A stretch of 46,452 nucleotides of DNA. It comes from a virus. The position numbers were made by a program, and so were the translations under genes. How positions within the stretch are numbered: position 1 is the first letter of the stretch; each line of letters starts with the position of its first letter. The DNA lies in the IMG/VR virus record IMGVR_UViG_3300049933_000058, positions 1 to 46,452 of that record. The stretch is one strand, 5' to 3'. Positions 25,895-35,115 of this stretch are shown here, piece after piece. Under the pieces are notes generated by a model, which worked only from the letters and a program-made list of their open reading frames with translations, did not search any database and was not told the origin of the DNA.

Positions 25895-26104
25895 TTAGAT
25901 AATGGTGTTGCCAGGTTTGAACCTGTAGAACTCATCCTCAGGAACGTTGGTGGTAAGCTCTCCTCGAAACCAACACCCAAACGGCAAGGTGTTATCACAA
26001 TGTACCCAGTGTTTAATGGGTGGGGTACCGTCCTCTCTATCTTGCTCTAAGAGGTATTTAGCTTCAGGGCATCCAGGGTCTATGGTCAATACTCTATATT
26101 TCAT
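25895..26104 (-). CDS. Hypothetical protein
   Basis: 69-aa ORF. Its ATG directly abuts a TGTTATAACA copy. Confidence 0.5.
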   Translation of the reverse strand: MKYRVLTIDPGCPEAKYLLEQDREDGTPPIKHWVHCDNTLPFGCWFRGELTTNVPEDEFYRFKPGNTII

Positions 26105-26111
26105 TGTTATA

Positions 26112-26138
26112 ACAAAGCCCTCTGCTCTAGAGAGGGCT
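26112..26138 (-). terminator. Hairpin between the capsid gene and the next gene
   Basis: 8-bp stem AGCCCTCT / AGAGGGCT, flanked on both sides by motif copies (26105, 26156). The T-run is weak. Confidence 0.45.
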
Positions 26139-26170
26139 GAGAGTGCTTATTAACTTGTTATCACAAGGTA

Positions 26171-27208
26171 TTAGGGTGTCCCTAAGTCTGTAATAATACC
26201 TAGTTGTTTGCGGTTGTGGTACTGCAACTGTGGCATAACATACATTTCAAAGTTGTATACCGCTGAGTTGTTGCTCGGTAACTGTGCCATATAGAGGACA
26301 AACCCTCCTAGACGGGTTGCAGCAACTATCTTAGCCTGTGGGGTCATTGCTGACATCTGCCCCTGACCTTGGAAAAGGAAGCTGTAGAGCTTCATATAAC
26401 CCGTGTTCAGAAACAACATAGTGTCACTAGGACACTGAGGGTCAACCACCATCTCTCTACCCATGTAGGAGAACTCACCACGACCTAGGTCTACGTTGGC
26501 GTCTTTCATCTCGCCACCGGAGTAGCCCACTAGCTTATCAAACTCAGCACCGTATAGGCGTTTGATAGCAGGGCTGATGATAACTAGGTCAAAGGATACT
26601 TCGTTTAAGTAGAGTGACTCCTCAAACTCATCCAGGATGGCTCTTGTCAAGGGTCGGTTAGTACCGGCGTTACCCAGGATAACCCCCGGTTTCCACACAG
26701 GGTACGTTGCTGGGTTAATAGTGGCATAGGTAGCGGCTGGGTCACATATGAGGTTCAGCCCTGCAATGCCTGACTCCGCACTGCCACCAGACTGGATACC
26801 ATTACCCGTGTATAGACGGTTGTTGAGCTTACGGCGTATCTCCCTGATGGAGTTGTCTATCTCTACGTTGAGAATGCGCGCTAAGTCTTCCGGCGCTCGG
26901 TTGTAGGCTTCACTGATGCTTACCGCATCAACTTGGAAGCGTCTATAGATACGACGTTTACCGATACGTAACTCGGCATTGATAGCATCATCGGAAGCTG
27001 TGATAGTGGTGTCTTCAACCACAGCACCTTCACCCACTGCGGTACCGTCTATTTCCACGTCCCACCCGATAAAAGTATCACTTTTATCGATAACTTCAAT
27101 ACGGTCTGTGAGGGCATCAAAGGTAGGTGCCATCTCTTTCTGAGTCTTGGCTACCCTATCGTCTAACACCTTGTTTAGCACCGGGTCGCCGAGGTTAAGA
27201 ATAGTCAT
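26171..27208 (-). CDS. Major capsid protein (putative)
   Basis: 345 aa, directly downstream of a scaffold-like gene. Called from size and position only. Confidence 0.6.
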   Translation of the reverse strand: MTILNLGDPVLNKVLDDRVAKTQKEMAPTFDALTDRIEVIDKSDTFIGWDVEIDGTAVGEGAVVEDTTITASDDAINAELRIGKRRIYRRFQVDAVSISEAYNRAPEDLARILNVEIDNSIREIRRKLNNRLYTGNGIQSGGSAESGIAGLNLICDPAATYATINPATYPVWKPGVILGNAGTNRPLTRAILDEFEESLYLNEVSFDLVIISPAIKRLYGAEFDKLVGYSGGEMKDANVDLGRGEFSYMGREMVVDPQCPSDTMLFLNTGYMKLYSFLFQGQGQMSAMTPQAKIVAATRLGGFVLYMAQLPSNNSAVYNFEMYVMPQLQYHNRKQLGIITDLGTP

Positions 27209-27283
27209 TATTTCTCCGAAATAATAATAGGTTTATAAAGTCTCTACACATTGAGACCGTGCTGTAATAGGGTGCAAGCCCTA

Positions 27284-27838
27284 TTAACCCAAACCAAATA
27301 AGCGCTTCACCGCGTCCTGTGTGTTGCCCGTGTTTTGTTGGCGGGGTTGTTGACTGGGTTGTGTACCTGTCCCAAACTGCCCTGTAGGTGCCTTTAACAG
27401 GTGTTGACCGAAAGGTGTGGCAAAGAAAGCATCTACCCGTTCCTGTAGGGTCTTACCATCTTTAGAGAGCCATTTACCTTCTACCAAGTCCATGTCAGAA
27501 GCCATCAGTCCCTTCACAATGTTTTCGGTCTCAACAGGGAAGGCTAGTTGATAACGAGTTAACTCTGCTTTAAACGAGTTATCATAGTTTTGTTGACGCG
27601 CTGTTTTAGCCTCTAACTCCGCCTTTTCGGCCAGTTGTTTCTCTAGCTGGGCAATACGCTGTGTTAGGGTGCTGGCCGGTGTTTCAGGTTCCGTAGTGGT
27701 TGGTTGGGTTGTAGCTTTTAACCGTGCTTCCACCTGTTCCATAACAGCGTCTGAGAAGCCTTTAAACATTGCTTGGAGGTCTCCAGCATCCGGTTGTTCT
27801 GGCTGTTCAGGTTGTTGTTGTTGTTGGTCTTCAGACAT
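27284..27838 (-). CDS. Scaffolding protein (putative)
   Basis: 184 aa with a Q/E/P-rich N-terminus and a coiled-coil-like centre (LAEKAELEAKTARQQ), upstream of the capsid gene. Confidence 0.5.
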   Translation of the reverse strand: MSEDQQQQQPEQPEQPDAGDLQAMFKGFSDAVMEQVEARLKATTQPTTTEPETPASTLTQRIAQLEKQLAEKAELEAKTARQQNYDNSFKAELTRYQLAFPVETENIVKGLMASDMDLVEGKWLSKDGKTLQERVDAFFATPFGQHLLKAPTGQFGTGTQPSQQPRQQNTGNTQDAVKRLFGLG

Positions 27839-27841
27839 TAG

Positions 27842-27850
27842 TGTTATAAT
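27842..27850 (+). promoter_or_regulatory. Extended -10 promoter TGtTATAAT
   Basis: Diverges from the scaffold gene, 29 nt upstream of ATG 27879. Confidence 0.5.
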
Positions 27851-27878
27851 GTTAGTGTATTCAATAAGGGACGCTGTT

Positions 27879-28064
27879 ATGGTTATCTATACCTACACAA
27901 TACCTAACCAGTGGAAGACTAAAGTACAGTCTTTGAAACCAGGCTTAACTCGTTATATCCGCTATGGTGACACCTACCAAGCCACTAACGAAGCAGGTTT
28001 GAGAGAGTTAGTGGCTCTCTACAGACAATGTGGTAAAGAGGTTGAAACGGGTTACCTAGAGTGA
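27879..28064 (+). CDS. Hypothetical protein (61 aa)
   Basis: Internal ATG of ORF 27669..28064. The upstream part of that ORF is antisense to the scaffold gene. Confidence 0.45.
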   Translation: MVIYTYTIPNQWKTKVQSLKPGLTRYIRYGDTYQATNEAGLRELVALYRQCGKEVETGYLE

Positions 28065-28096
28065 CACCATCCCTAGTTAAACACTAGGGAGACTAG

Positions 28097-28813
28097 ATGG
28101 AAGCTACACTAACCAACATTAAGAAGCCTGAGGAGGTCATTACTTTTAAGGTGCCACCCCAGAAGATAAACCGAAGCTTCCAGTCCGAATATACGAAGCT
28201 GTCGGTATTAGCCACAGCACAGCCTTTACTCTGGTATCAGAACAGTGTTACAACACTGTCTTTACCAGGGTTATTGCTGTTTGGTGAGGGTACTGGAAAG
28301 GACATAGCACTACTTGAGCAGTGGACTAAACCCATTGAAGGCGAACTCGAACCGCCTACGCTTAAGTTTAACTTTGCCCATATTGACTTACCGCGAGTCA
28401 AACTAGAGTCAGCAGAAGTTGTAGAAGATATGTGGGTAGGCGGTGCCAGCCCTACCCGCGCTGAGGTGTCCCTCTCTCTCCTACTCTACCCTGAACCTCC
28501 CGTTGTTAAGACCGCTCCAATACCTAAACCCGAAGGGACTAACGTTAAGCTCTCGCCACCGGAGCGGTTGAAATATATACAGGAGGTGTTGAAGAAGGTT
28601 AAGGCAGACCCTAAATATAAATACAAACAGGGTGACGTGGTGGCTATAACGGATGTCAATAGGGTGACTCTTAATGATAAGGATATAGGGGCGTTAACGG
28701 ACTTTGTTACTCTAGATAAGAAGCATACACCCCCTACGGCAAAGGAGGCACCTAAAACGGCACCCCCTACTAAGCCTGACGTTCAAACTGGTAAGTCATC
28801 ATCCAAGGTCTGA
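28097..28813 (+). CDS. Tube-fold baseplate/hub protein (tube initiator-like, contractile injection system family), tentative
   Basis: ITFKVPPQKINRSFQSEY ... LSLPGLLLFGEG ... PPTLKFNF ... SPTRAEVSLSL resembles the conserved N-terminal tube-like domain. Confidence 0.4.
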   Translation: MEATLTNIKKPEEVITFKVPPQKINRSFQSEYTKLSVLATAQPLLWYQNSVTTLSLPGLLLFGEGTGKDIALLEQWTKPIEGELEPPTLKFNFAHIDLPRVKLESAEVVEDMWVGGASPTRAEVSLSLLLYPEPPVVKTAPIPKPEGTNVKLSPPERLKYIQEVLKKVKADPKYKYKQGDVVAITDVNRVTLNDKDIGALTDFVTLDKKHTPPTAKEAPKTAPPTKPDVQTGKSSSKV

Positions 28814-29245
28814 TGAGTCATCCTCTTCTAAGACTTCAAATAGTGGTAACCTATTCTGGGGTATACCCGTTTGGTAAGACCTAACCTCAATGAGTAGGCC
28901 ACGGATGAGTTTAAGTTTAGAGTCCATCCTGCCAAGGGTTTGGGCTGTCTTTACATCTTCTTCGCCTATATGTTTTATCGTGTCGTTGAGCTTCTCTTGA
29001 ACAACACTATTAGCCCTTGTACTTTGTGATAACGTATCCAAGAGGTCATTGTGACGTTTAATAAAGCCAGCTATAGACTTACGGGAGAACCACCAAACCA
29101 AGATAATGGCAAAGATGACCGCCGTAGAGCCTTGGGCTACCTTATCCAACATAGACCAAGCTAGACTGTTTAAGTCACGGGGGACAGGTTGAGTTTCAAT
29201 GACAGTAACAGTGTTAGGGGTGTTTATTTGTGGCATTGTTGGCAA
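28799..29245 (-). CDS. Single-pass membrane protein with a coiled-coil tail
   Basis: TM segment STAVIFAIILVWWF. Confidence 0.5.
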   Translation of the reverse strand: MPTMPQINTPNTVTVIETQPVPRDLNSLAWSMLDKVAQGSTAVIFAIILVWWFSRKSIAGFIKRHNDLLDTLSQSTRANSVVQEKLNDTIKHIGEEDVKTAQTLGRMDSKLKLIRGLLIEVRSYQTGIPQNRLPLFEVLEEDDSSDLG

Positions 29246-29549
29246 TATCCTTTATACTGCTTATAAGCTTGTTGCAACGGGTTATGTCTCCTTGAGTAAA
29301 ATGGTATGTTAACTCAAGCATGTTGGCTAGTAGCTCGTTACCTATAAGCCCCCGGAGTTTCTGGATATCCCCTTCCTCAAACTTACTTAAAGTAGGGGCT
29401 GTAACAACAGGTATCTCAGGGTTGTCTGGGGGTTTAATAGGGTCTACCGGGCTATCAGGGGGTGTCTCAGACATTGTATAGCCCTGTGGCAGCTCTACCC
29501 ATATCTCCGACGTTCCTACAAAAGAGCCTTCATAGTAGATATAAAACAT
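29214..29549 (-). CDS. Hypothetical protein downstream of the fiber gene (fiber chaperone candidate)
   Basis: 111-aa ORF starting 5 nt after the fiber gene stop. Confidence 0.5.
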   Translation of the reverse strand: MFYIYYEGSFVGTSEIWVELPQGYTMSETPPDSPVDPIKPPDNPEIPVVTAPTLSKFEEGDIQKLRGLIGNELLANMLELTYHFTQGDITRCNKLISSIKDIANNATNKHP

Positions 29550-29553
29550 ATTC

Positions 29554-31023
29554 TTAACCTAAAGGTACAAAGTTACGAAGTGTTAAGGTGCCTGCTACTG
29601 CTGCCAGAGGTGTTGCTATGACGTTGGTGTTAACAATGCTTTGAGCCCAACGTCCGCCTAAGGTACTAAAGGAAGCACCTTGACCGGAAGGTGACCGTAT
29701 GGTGGCAGCACCTGCCAAGGGTATAGTCCAAACACCACTACCATCTACCGTGGCACCTTGGTTAACCTGTATACTCGAACCGAACAGTCCTGCATCCAGC
29801 CTTAGAGTAGCCCCGGTTAAGTTATAGTTAGGTGATGTAATAGCTATAACACCCCCTGAACCAGGGTAACCCCCACCTGCCCATGACTTATCAACGTTGG
29901 ATACAGTGTTACCACCGTTACCGCCCCTGACATCAACGGTGCCTGTGAAGTTAACACCGGCTAGTGAGGATAACCCTACAAACCCCCCACTGCCACCGGA
30001 AGACCCATAGATAACACAGGAAGTACCTACCGCTAAGAACCCTGGTGTGGTGTTTGTAGGGCTTCCTGTATAGGAGTAACCCGCGCTACCATCTGAACCC
30101 TTACAGCTTATGGTACCACTACCAGAGATAATACCCGCAGCTTCGATACTAACACCGCCACCACCTTTACCACCCGCGGCAGTCCTTACAAAGGTTGAAG
30201 TATTATACGTCAGTGTTTCACCTGACAGTCCACCACTACCATAGGGTTGTATACCCCATCCATACACGTCACCTCCACTACCCAGACCTCCTCCTCTCTG
30301 ACTACCTTGTGATAACAGGGCAATGTGAGCAAAGGCTAAGGATGAACCACCACTGCTGAGTGGGTTGACTAATAGTGTGCCATCTATAACGACGTTTCTA
30401 GAGGCGTGAAGGCGTAACCACCCCGGAACAGTAACTTGAACCCCGGAGGGTATAATGAAGTCTCTACAGTGTATCAGGCCGCTTGTGAGGTCTGTATTGA
30501 TGTCACAGATAATGTCTGTGTTATTCACACCCCCGAAAGACCTAATAGAGGCAGCACGGGGTACAATAGACCTTATACCTATGTTCCTCAGGTCTGATAC
30601 GCTACTTATAGAGCCACCGCTAGTGACAACCCTGGCTATAGGGTAGCAAACCACAGGCAAGGATGTGCTATGAGTTATGACACCAGATAGGTCTATATGA
30701 ACAAAACTAGTGGTGTTGTTAGGTAATGTTAGGTTAACAGAGGTCTTACTAACCAGTGAACCATCTGTTAATGCTACGACACCAGAACCTACATTTACTG
30801 TTAAACCTGATACTATTGTTGTAACAAAGGCATTTAGTACCGATGCCACTCGTGCTTTAATGGCGGAGGTGTCGTCACTCAACTGTGTGTCTGTGATACC
30901 CGGATGGTTACCGAGCAACGACTGGTCTAAACTGTCACCAAACTGCTGATGATAAGCGAGATAAGCTACCTCTGGTGTGAATATCTGACCGTCTACGAAA
31001 GGGACATCGGGGAAAGTAGTCAT
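29554..31023 (-). CDS. Tail fiber / receptor-binding protein (Gly-rich)
   Basis: 489 aa with Gly/Ser-rich repeats (GGGLGSGGDVYG, GGKGGGG). Adjacent to the collar-domain fiber gene. Confidence 0.55.
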   Translation of the reverse strand: MTTFPDVPFVDGQIFTPEVAYLAYHQQFGDSLDQSLLGNHPGITDTQLSDDTSAIKARVASVLNAFVTTIVSGLTVNVGSGVVALTDGSLVSKTSVNLTLPNNTTSFVHIDLSGVITHSTSLPVVCYPIARVVTSGGSISSVSDLRNIGIRSIVPRAASIRSFGGVNNTDIICDINTDLTSGLIHCRDFIIPSGVQVTVPGWLRLHASRNVVIDGTLLVNPLSSGGSSLAFAHIALLSQGSQRGGGLGSGGDVYGWGIQPYGSGGLSGETLTYNTSTFVRTAAGGKGGGGVSIEAAGIISGSGTISCKGSDGSAGYSYTGSPTNTTPGFLAVGTSCVIYGSSGGSGGFVGLSSLAGVNFTGTVDVRGGNGGNTVSNVDKSWAGGGYPGSGGVIAITSPNYNLTGATLRLDAGLFGSSIQVNQGATVDGSGVWTIPLAGAATIRSPSGQGASFSTLGGRWAQSIVNTNVIATPLAAVAGTLTLRNFVPLG

Positions 31024-31027
31024 GTTA

Positions 31028-32446
31028 TCACACTCCTGTGTATATTATAGAGTTAAGACCTAAATAAGGCGGTAGGTTAGGGTGTGGCAGACCACCACCT
31101 GTATTAGCTATAGCTCCCAAACCATCAGCGGAAGCTGTTCTATTACCAGCAATATTAGTCAGACCACCAGTTGGTGCTATGTTGGTATGAGCTATAGCAC
31201 CATACCCACTCCCAAAAGACTCACCTATACCCGTTACGTTGAAACCGTGCACTGAGATGTTATGGCGGTGAGAGGGTATTTGAGTGCTATCCAACGTCAC
31301 TGTAGCAGCCCCGCCACCACTGGCCAACAACACCCCCGGCGCTCTATTAGCATTAACACCACCCATACCATCAGGTGTTAACATGAACCGACCCCTAAGG
31401 TCAGGTATCCTAAAAGTCCCTGCTGCCTCACCACCGGTGTTATAAGTTGTGCCTAACGCTGCAAACAGAGTGGCATAAGTAGTTTGTGATAACACTCTAC
31501 CATCACAGAAGACCCAACCCGTGGGCGCTGATAATAAAGCTGTTGTGACAATAGTACCAACAGGTATTAATGCTTTAGATACAGTAGTGATAAGGTTTTG
31601 AACCCATGCCGTAGTAGGTATCTGAGAACTGCTATCACTTTGTGTGGGACTTGTAGCTCTTGTAGGAGTACCTAAAAAGTTAGGACTAGTTAGTGGCGCT
31701 AACCCCGCTACTGTAGAAGCTAAGGCATATTGCTGTAAAGCATCATATACTGCGTTACGGGAGGGCGCATCTAGTTGCCCATCCCAGCCAGCATCTAACG
31801 GGCTATTATTACCAGTTGTCCCCGCCCCGATATCACCCTTTGACGCTATTTGTTGCCAGTGGGTTGTAATGTTTGGCAGAGTGCCCTGAGACCTATCAGG
31901 ATAATAGTAGAGATAACTCCCCCCACCCCAGTTTACAACGTCCCCTCTGCTATACCATGCCAATGGGTCATAAGCACCCCTAGAGACGAATAAGTTTTGT
32001 TGCAACCTTGCCCAAAATGTATCTTCATTATAAAGGCGTCTGACTAACGCCGAGATGGCGGTGTCTAAGTTGTCTCTGTTAATACCCGACTGCTTAGCTA
32101 GTTGGTTAAAGGATATAGGCGTCAGACTTGCAGGTACCCTGGCATAAAACTTTGGTATCAGCGGAAAGTCTGACGTTGTTATAACAGGTTCACCTGTATC
32201 AGGGTCTGATGTGGTAACCGCGTCATAGTAGTAAACCTCAAAGGAATAGGTTACATAGTCCGCGTCAGAGGTCTCTAGAAGGAGGTTACAAGCACCATTA
32301 ACAAACTCCACACGCCCCGTCAGGTTGGTGATGCTCTGGGCTTCTGTGTCTTTCATTAGCCATGAGTCTACCCCTACCAGGATATAACCTGACAACGGGG
32401 CACCTATGCTGTTTCTGAAGTCACAAGCTATTGTGGTCTTTGGCAT
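31028..32446 (-). CDS. Tail fiber protein with phage tail collar domain
   Basis: PTGWVFCDGRVLSQTTYATLFAALGTTYNTGGEAAGTFRIPDLRGRF matches the tail collar domain pattern. Confidence 0.7.
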   Translation of the reverse strand: MPKTTIACDFRNSIGAPLSGYILVGVDSWLMKDTEAQSITNLTGRVEFVNGACNLLLETSDADYVTYSFEVYYYDAVTTSDPDTGEPVITTSDFPLIPKFYARVPASLTPISFNQLAKQSGINRDNLDTAISALVRRLYNEDTFWARLQQNLFVSRGAYDPLAWYSRGDVVNWGGGSYLYYYPDRSQGTLPNITTHWQQIASKGDIGAGTTGNNSPLDAGWDGQLDAPSRNAVYDALQQYALASTVAGLAPLTSPNFLGTPTRATSPTQSDSSSQIPTTAWVQNLITTVSKALIPVGTIVTTALLSAPTGWVFCDGRVLSQTTYATLFAALGTTYNTGGEAAGTFRIPDLRGRFMLTPDGMGGVNANRAPGVLLASGGGAATVTLDSTQIPSHRHNISVHGFNVTGIGESFGSGYGAIAHTNIAPTGGLTNIAGNRTASADGLGAIANTGGGLPHPNLPPYLGLNSIIYTGV

Positions 32447-32465
32447 TGTTAACTAAAGCGGTATA

Positions 32466-32474
32466 TGCTATAAT
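32466..32474 (+). promoter_or_regulatory. Extended -10 promoter TGcTATAAT
   Basis: 27 nt upstream of ATG 32501. Confidence 0.5.
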
Positions 32475-32500
32475 GGGACTATGTTATTAGGGTATATAGT

Positions 32501-32707
32501 ATGGATGATGTATCAGCACAACTTATACAAGAGTTTGAGCAGCGCTTAGCCACTGCCACGGAATATTCACAACGTCACGCCAGAAAGTTTGCTCAGCAGT
32601 CTGTAGCTAAAGCTGTAGAGTATCTTAAGTTATGTGAAGCTGGCCAGAGACACCGAACGTCGGTTCTGGTAGACCCTCACTACAGCTTCCAACCGCCTAT
32701 CGGTTGA
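32501..32707 (+). CDS. Hypothetical protein
   Basis: 68-aa ORF. Confidence 0.45.
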   Translation: MDDVSAQLIQEFEQRLATATEYSQRHARKFAQQSVAKAVEYLKLCEAGQRHRTSVLVDPHYSFQPPIG

Positions 32708-33089
32708 TATGCCCACTGACGATGACTGTGAAGTATAAGGCGTCACGGTCATCTAGGTAACGGAACTCAGCCGCTCTACCTGAATATTTACCATCTGAGC
32801 CCTTAACAGCATTAATAAGGTAACGACCACGCGTTAACAGAGTGTCTGGGTATTTAAACCTAGGCACTTCTTTTATTTGGTAGTCTGTCGCCAACACCTT
32901 AATAGACGCTGTGTTGAACTGCTCTAGCTGCTGTGGTGTCACCCTCACCAACTCCGGTGTAGGCACTATCAACACCTGTTCCCCCGTTGGTGATAACAAT
33001 ACTACATCTAACCTACGGGGGTCTCCAAACTTGGTGTGAAGTGCCCCTAGCTTATAAGTCTTATTGGCTATTTTGGGTATAAGTTTCAT
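32697..33089 (-). CDS. Hypothetical protein, likely a head-tail joining or tail completion component
   Basis: 130 aa, directly downstream of the gp10-like gene. Confidence 0.5.
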   Translation of the reverse strand: MKLIPKIANKTYKLGALHTKFGDPRRLDVVLLSPTGEQVLIVPTPELVRVTPQQLEQFNTASIKVLATDYQIKEVPRFKYPDTLLTRGRYLINAVKGSDGKYSGRAAEFRYLDDRDALYFTVIVSGHINR

Positions 33090-33101
33090 AGAGCCTTGTT
33101 A

Positions 33102-33449
33102 TCACGTCTTGATAGCATTGTAACCAACCCGCCTTAGATAGTAGTCCTTAACCCTTGGTGCAACCGCTGTCGCCATAGGTCTTGCCCTCATGAACCGGGT
33201 GCCATACTCTACAAACCCGGCGTAGGGCGTCTTGTTGGATAGGGTGAGTGAGTTCAAGTTATCCGTCACCACCCAGTTAGAAGCCAGTCTACCAGTCCTC
33301 ACCGGTGTTGCTGCTCTTAGTTGCTCCTCAGCGTAAGCCTTAGCCTCTAGCGCTGCTCTCCTCATCACAGGTCTAAGGCCGTCTAACACATTACTGTTGA
33401 GCTTTATCTTTACATCTACGGTAAGACCAACACTTCGCTTCTTAGCCAC
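33102..33449 (-). CDS. HK97 gp10-like head-tail connector protein
   Basis: TPVRTGRLASNW ... YAGFVEYGTRFMRARP fits the HK97 gp10 family pattern. Confidence 0.55.
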   Translation of the reverse strand: MAKKRSVGLTVDVKIKLNSNVLDGLRPVMRRAALEAKAYAEEQLRAATPVRTGRLASNWVVTDNLNSLTLSNKTPYAGFVEYGTRFMRARPMATAVAPRVKDYYLRRVGYNAIKT

Positions 33450-33527
33450 TCACACACCTCCTGTTAACTACCTTGAGACTGTGTAGGCGTTATCACAATA
33501 CCACGCTAAAGTTGGTTTACCAACAGG

Positions 33528-33557
33528 GTTGTCACTTCTGGGAAAGGGTGTTATACT
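33528..33557 (+). promoter_or_regulatory. Promoter of RNA B
   Basis: TTGTCA, an 18-nt spacer, then TGtTATACT, in the same AAGGGTGTTATAnT context as loci A and C. Confidence 0.65.
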
Positions 33558-33563
33558 AAAGGA

Positions 33564-34068
33564 GTGGTCAGGAAAGAGCGGTGTGAAAGGTCAAGGTTTC
33601 TGAACCCTCCTCGGAGTTACTAAGCACCTAGGCAATGCTACTCAGACCGGGCTACAACAACATAAAGTAGGAAGGTGACCCGAACGTTTCACCAGTGTAG
33701 CGTCACTTAAACCGCCAAAGGAAGCTAGTTGGTAGGCTAGCAACGTTACTACACTGTGCAGTAGCTATTGAGAACCATTCGGCGGCAGTGTTCCGGTAAC
33801 ATAGTCAGAAGGAGTTGTGAGCGGTACTCACATCTGCACCCTCAGGTTAACGGGCAACAAGTCAGTGTGGTAGCTGACAGGGCTAACGCCCTATACACTG
33901 GGAAAGACTAGGCTATCGTCTACAAACCTGAACACTCGGTTACAGCCTACGGGCTAGACACTATGGACTGAGTTATTAAGGGCTGTAGCACTCTATAACC
34001 GCCTTATCCGACCGTGGTAGTGTCCGGAACGATAGGGAGGGTTAGGAGGGCTATGGCTGTAGGCTAAT
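33564..34068 (+). ncRNA. Candidate large structured RNA B (about 500 nt)
   Basis: No ORF of 60 aa or more lies anywhere in 33450-34146. It has its own promoter, its 5' ~90 nt align with RNA A, and it ends at a tRNA-like element. Ends are approximate. Confidence 0.6.
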
Positions 34069-34125
34069 GGCAGTTCTGGCGACAGGACGTTGTAAGACCT
34101 GGTAGGTTCGACTCCTACAACTGCC
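34069..34125 (+). ncRNA. Truncated tRNA-like element lacking a D arm
   Basis: GGCAGTT ... GTAGG-TTCGACT-CCTAC-AACTGCC gives a perfect 7-bp acceptor stem and T arm. The 26 nt between them can form only one imperfect arm (AGGAC-GTTGTAA-GACCT). Confidence 0.6.
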
Positions 34126-34146
34126 TTTGTCAATAAGGAGTCACTC

Positions 34147-34356
34147 ATGCCCATTTATAAGGACGGTTATAGCACCTACTCAATAGAGGGTTTGGAAGTA
34201 AAAACTAGTCCGCGTAGTCAAACCATAACTATAGAAGGTGTAACGAGGGAGGTAGCGCGGTATGGTGAGTTATGCCAATACCTTTACCTTGTTGAGAACA
34301 CTGCCGAATATAAGTCTAAAGACTGGAGGAATGATATTGAGAGGTTTTTAAACTAA
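34147..34356 (+). CDS. Hypothetical protein
   Basis: 69 aa. AAGGAG lies 6 nt before the ATG, and a terminator follows the gene. Confidence 0.65.
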   Translation: MPIYKDGYSTYSIEGLEVKTSPRSQTITIEGVTREVARYGELCQYLYLVENTAEYKSKDWRNDIERFLN

Positions 34357-34382
34357 AGCCTAAAACCTAAACATTACATCTC

Positions 34383-34408
34383 ACCACCGTTCATACCGGT
34401 GGTTTTCT
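34383..34408 (+). terminator. Intrinsic terminator
   Basis: ACCACCG-TTCATAC-CGGTGGT followed by TTTT. Confidence 0.7.
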
Positions 34409-34449
34409 GTTGTTATCACAAAGTCACAACACAGTGGGTAGCATTGTTA

Positions 34450-35043
34450 TCACACGCTGAAGAGAGGTTCACCGAGGGCTGAGAAACCTAGGTAGAAGTA
34501 CTCATAGGTTACTTTGGAGGATATGACACACGGTACAAAGTTGGTGCGTGTTCTTTCAGCTTCCTTAAATAGTCTACCGTTGCGTAGGTACTTCAAAGGG
34601 ACTCGGATAAACAGTTTACCCTTAGGGGTGTCCATGGTGCCAGGGAGTGTAAAGGGTAGCTGTAGACTCTTGGCTGTCCAGATACGATGCTCCACACCTT
34701 GTGTAGACAGTACTAACCCTAGTATCTGTTGTTGTCCTAAACCACCCCACACACTATTAGATATCACTATCAGCGCGCGTTTAACCTCAGGTGTCCATAG
34801 AGTATCCCAATACTCCGCTGACCAACCATTCAGCCATCCAAGGTAGTCTAGCCACTCCACAGGACATACAAGGGGGTCGAGGCGTTGATAAAGAGTCTCC
34901 AGTAGTGTCTTTGTACGGGTTAGGAACTCATCAGGCTGGGTTAACAATGCCTCTACATCTGGGTTGTTTTGGTAACCGTCACGGGGTAACCGGAGGAACA
35001 CCGGGCGGCCTTTATCCCACGGCGTAGAATAGGCGTTAGACAT
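34450..35043 (-). CDS. Phage tail protein I (P2 gpI-like baseplate protein)
   Basis: WLDYLGWLNGWSAEYWDTLWTPEVKRALI ... GLGQQQILGLVL fits the tail protein I pattern. Confidence 0.6.
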   Translation of the reverse strand: MSNAYSTPWDKGRPVFLRLPRDGYQNNPDVEALLTQPDEFLTRTKTLLETLYQRLDPLVCPVEWLDYLGWLNGWSAEYWDTLWTPEVKRALIVISNSVWGGLGQQQILGLVLSTQGVEHRIWTAKSLQLPFTLPGTMDTPKGKLFIRVPLKYLRNGRLFKEAERTRTNFVPCVISSKVTYEYFYLGFSALGEPLFSV

Positions 35044-35047
35044 AACT

Positions 35048-35069
35048 TACACACACACTATTTGATATC
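35048..35069 (-). promoter_or_regulatory. GATATC-(TG)n element just upstream of the gpI start
   Basis: The minus strand reads GAGATATCAAATAGTGTGTGTGTAAGTT-ATG. Confidence 0.45.
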
Positions 35070-35085
35070 TCTTCTTATAGGGGAC

Positions 35086-35115
35086 AATAAAAACCACCCT
35101 AGCTTCTAACCAGGG
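35086..35115 (-). terminator. Minus-strand intrinsic terminator
   Basis: CCCTGG-TTAGAAG-CTAGGG followed by TGGTTTTTATT. The G-U pair makes the hairpin strand-specific. Confidence 0.6.

Noticed and set aside
33564-34125. tmRNA identity for RNA B (tRNA-like end plus short ORFs).
   Set aside because: Both acceptor strands lie within 57 nt at the 3' end instead of pairing the 5' and 3' termini. There is no G3-U70 pair, no conserved tmRNA 5' sequence and no Ala-resume tag frame ending in a hydrophobic tail.
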